Assembly (NCBI GenBank): GCA_030704615.1
Contig: CM060732.1
Coordinates: forward strand, 79,546,001 to 79,610,000
Reading direction: 5' to 3'
Source of the DNA: Takakia lepidozioides
Lineage: Eukaryota; Plantae; Bryophyta
Length of the DNA: 64,000 nucleotides
Shown here piece by piece: positions 61,891 through 64,000 of this stretch (within the stretch, counting starts at the first letter, position 1; every line of letters starts with the position of its first letter). Under the pieces are notes generated by a model. That model was not told the DNA's origin. It searched no databases and saw only the letters and a list, made by a program, of their open reading frames with translations. A program made the position numbers and the translations under genes.

Positions 61891-62830
61891 ATTTGTTTGC
61901 TAGACTTGTTTGAAGGCATGAGCACTGGGCTTGCAGGAGTATTGCAAGCAGGGATTAAAGTACGCAAGTACTTGTATGTGGAGAAGGATGAGATAGCTCA
62001 ACATATTTCTATGCGCCACATCGCCTTGCTTACACACCGGTATCCTAAGTTGTTGCCTCTCTCAGCAATTCAAGGGTATCAAAAGGCCTTGCCAGCAGAC
62101 ATTACCTTTTTGGGGGCGGATGATTTGGACCGGCATGGTGCCATTGACTTGGTGATAGCTGGATGGCCTTGCCAAGGACACTCTCCCGCGGGTCATGAAA
62201 ATGGCTTGCATGATGCACGATCACATTTGTTTTGGGAGATGTTGAGAGTGTTGCGTGACTTGCAGACAAGGCGAGTGCAACCTCTAGCCTACATCTTGGA
62301 GAATGTTCCTCTTATGGGGGACTCTCGGGCCAGGGTTATGGCCAGTGTGCATCAGGTGCGGTCTTGGATTGGATCACCGGTGCTATTGGATGCAGCAGCG
62401 GTGGGATCACGCGCGCTCGACCTCGATTGTGGTGGACCAATCTTGCACCACCAGAGCTGCTCAAGAGAGCATATGATTCCATTCAATGGCTACCCAATCT
62501 CACGATTGAGGGCATTTTGGACCAAGGGAGGCAACCACAGAGGGTGCAACATGATGACCGTCCACCTCTAGCAATGGTCAATCGAGTGGGGCAACCACGT
62601 ACAGCCTTGCCTATGCTCATGAGTTTTCCCTCGTCTCATGTTTTTCGAGATAATGGTCTTGGGTTGATTTGGGACAGTGTGCTACAGCAATTGGTGGAGT
62701 CCAATGCGGATGAGCATGAGCGGGCAATGGGGTTTGCCACGGGCACTACAGCTGTGCCAGCTTTATCAGAGGCATCACGACGCCAGGTGTTGGGTCAGGC
62801 AATGGATCTAAATTTCTTGACATGGATAAT
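61891..62830 (+). pseudogene. C5-cytosine DNA methyltransferase domain (DNMT3-like) within the polyprotein
   Basis: Motif I LDLFEGMSTG, II VEKD, IV IAGWPCQG (Cys at 62170), VI YILENV (62299), VIII RA(H)RPRLWWTNL across a 1-nt deletion at about 62416, IX ERAMGF, X RQVLGQAM. Confidence 0.93.
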
Positions 62831-63212
62831 TGGTTTGTGCATGGCTGAGCAACGGAGATTGCAAGCATTGATAGCTACTTCTACACTCCCATTGGATGGT
62901 GCATCCTCCCTGCCAACCGGGATGGTTGAGGCAGTGAGTGGGGGCGAGCACAAGATCGTGGGTTGGAAACACCCATGGCAGATGTGGGATGAGATGCGCA
63001 AAGAGAGAGTCATTGGATCTCTCAAGCAGCAATATGAGGAGTGGGGAGAGCCATACACTGAGGATCAGTTAGAAGCAAAGGTGACCAATGTTTTTGAAGA
63101 GGTTGAGAATGTTTCTTGCTCAGAGGATGTTCTCAAGGTGGCTATGGCGGAGCAAGTGGAGGCTACGCCACAATCAGATTGGGCGGACAAGGCCCAAGAG
63201 GTTGCTATCTAG

Positions 63213-64000
63213 CAACCAAATGATTCGTCTCCTACCTCCAAGCCTGGTGTACCCAAGGTTGCAGTCACTGAGGACAATTGGGAACTAGATGTTGGACCTA
63301 CAATCACCGGAGGAGAGAGACGGAGGATCCAGCAATTTCTAAGGGCTTATAGAAATTGCTTTGCCTTCGGTTTGAAGGATTTGGGGAGTTTGAAGGGTCA
63401 GGAGATTCGTATTGATTTGGCAAGTGACACGCCAATCTTTCGAAGGCCCTACCGGTTTAGTGACATAGAGAGGTCATTGATCCAGTCACGGACTATGGAG
63501 TTGTTCGAAGCTGGATTGGTGGAATTGTCAGGCGGGGAGTATGCCTCGGCAACGGTGATGCCAGCTAAGAAGGATATCTATGGCAATTGGACAGAAAGAA
63601 GGATGTGTGGGGACTATCGTCCTGTGAACCGTCAGACTAAGTCCGATAGATATGTCATGCCAACTCCAGAGGAGATCTTTGATGCCATTAGGCATGCAAA
63701 GGTGTTTAGCACATTGGACTTGCGATCCGGTTACCACCAGTTGCCAATCAAAGAGGCTGACAAGCAAAAGATGACATTATGGGGGATTGACCAACATGGG
63801 AAGGATTGCTTGTACCAATGGCGGTTCTTACCGTTTGAGCTGAAGAATGCTCCTACAGAGTTTCAGAGGGTCATGGATAGGACTCTCATGGGGCTAGACT
63901 TCGTCCGGTGCTACATTGATGACATCATCGTCTTTAGTGCTACGGTTGAGGAGCATGAGAGACACCTTCAGGTGGTGTTTGAGCGCTTGGGAGCGCACGG
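63213..64000 (+). CDS. pol: Reverse transcriptase of copy B (open to window end)
   Basis: Uninterrupted frame after TAG 63210-63212: RMCGDYRPVN, STLDLRSGYHQ, LPFELKNAP and YIDD at 63912-63923. Confidence 0.95.

Larger units (their letters stand above)
56124..64000 (+). mobile_element. Ty3/Gypsy LTR retrotransposon, copy B, carrying a C5-cytosine DNA methyltransferase
   Basis: LTR homologous to copy A, long leader, gag, aspartic protease, DNMT and RT running off the window end. Confidence 0.93.

Noticed and set aside
61891-62830. Host DNMT3/DRM gene or bacterial restriction-modification methylase
   Set aside because: It is intronless, embedded between retroviral-type protease and RT, has unpermuted motif order (unlike DRM) and has no bacterial gene context.

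Overview
Eukaryotic nuclear DNA, most likely from a seed-free land plant with flagellated sperm (inferred from PLS-DYW PPR repeats, ciliary genes and spliceosomal introns). A 500-N scaffold gap lies at 10129-10628. Host genes: an ODF3/SHIPPO-repeat gene (-), a PTPDC1-like phosphatase (+), a SnoaL/SOUL haem-binding protein (-), a monoacylglycerol-lipase-like hydrolase (+) and an unknown 370-aa membrane ORF. Pseudogenes: a decayed PLS-E-DYW PPR locus and a decayed PPR plus PDF-motif (OSB-type) gene. Repeats: LINE, SINE and LTR remnants, and a SWIM-domain element. The main finding is a pair of related Ty3/Gypsy LTR retrotransposons. Copy B (56124 to window end) encodes a DNMT3-like C5-cytosine methyltransferase between protease and RT. 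Copy A (2021-12844) has lost protease plus methyltransferase. Both copies keep an in-frame TAG-CAA-CCA just before RT, which matches the TMV-type readthrough consensus. Both lack a tRNA primer-binding site and instead have a co-varying segment complementary to a hairpin loop in their own LTR, suggesting self-priming. Copy A has asymmetric ends, with a 178-bp extension beyond the 3' LTR. All alignments were done by eye; no database searches were run.
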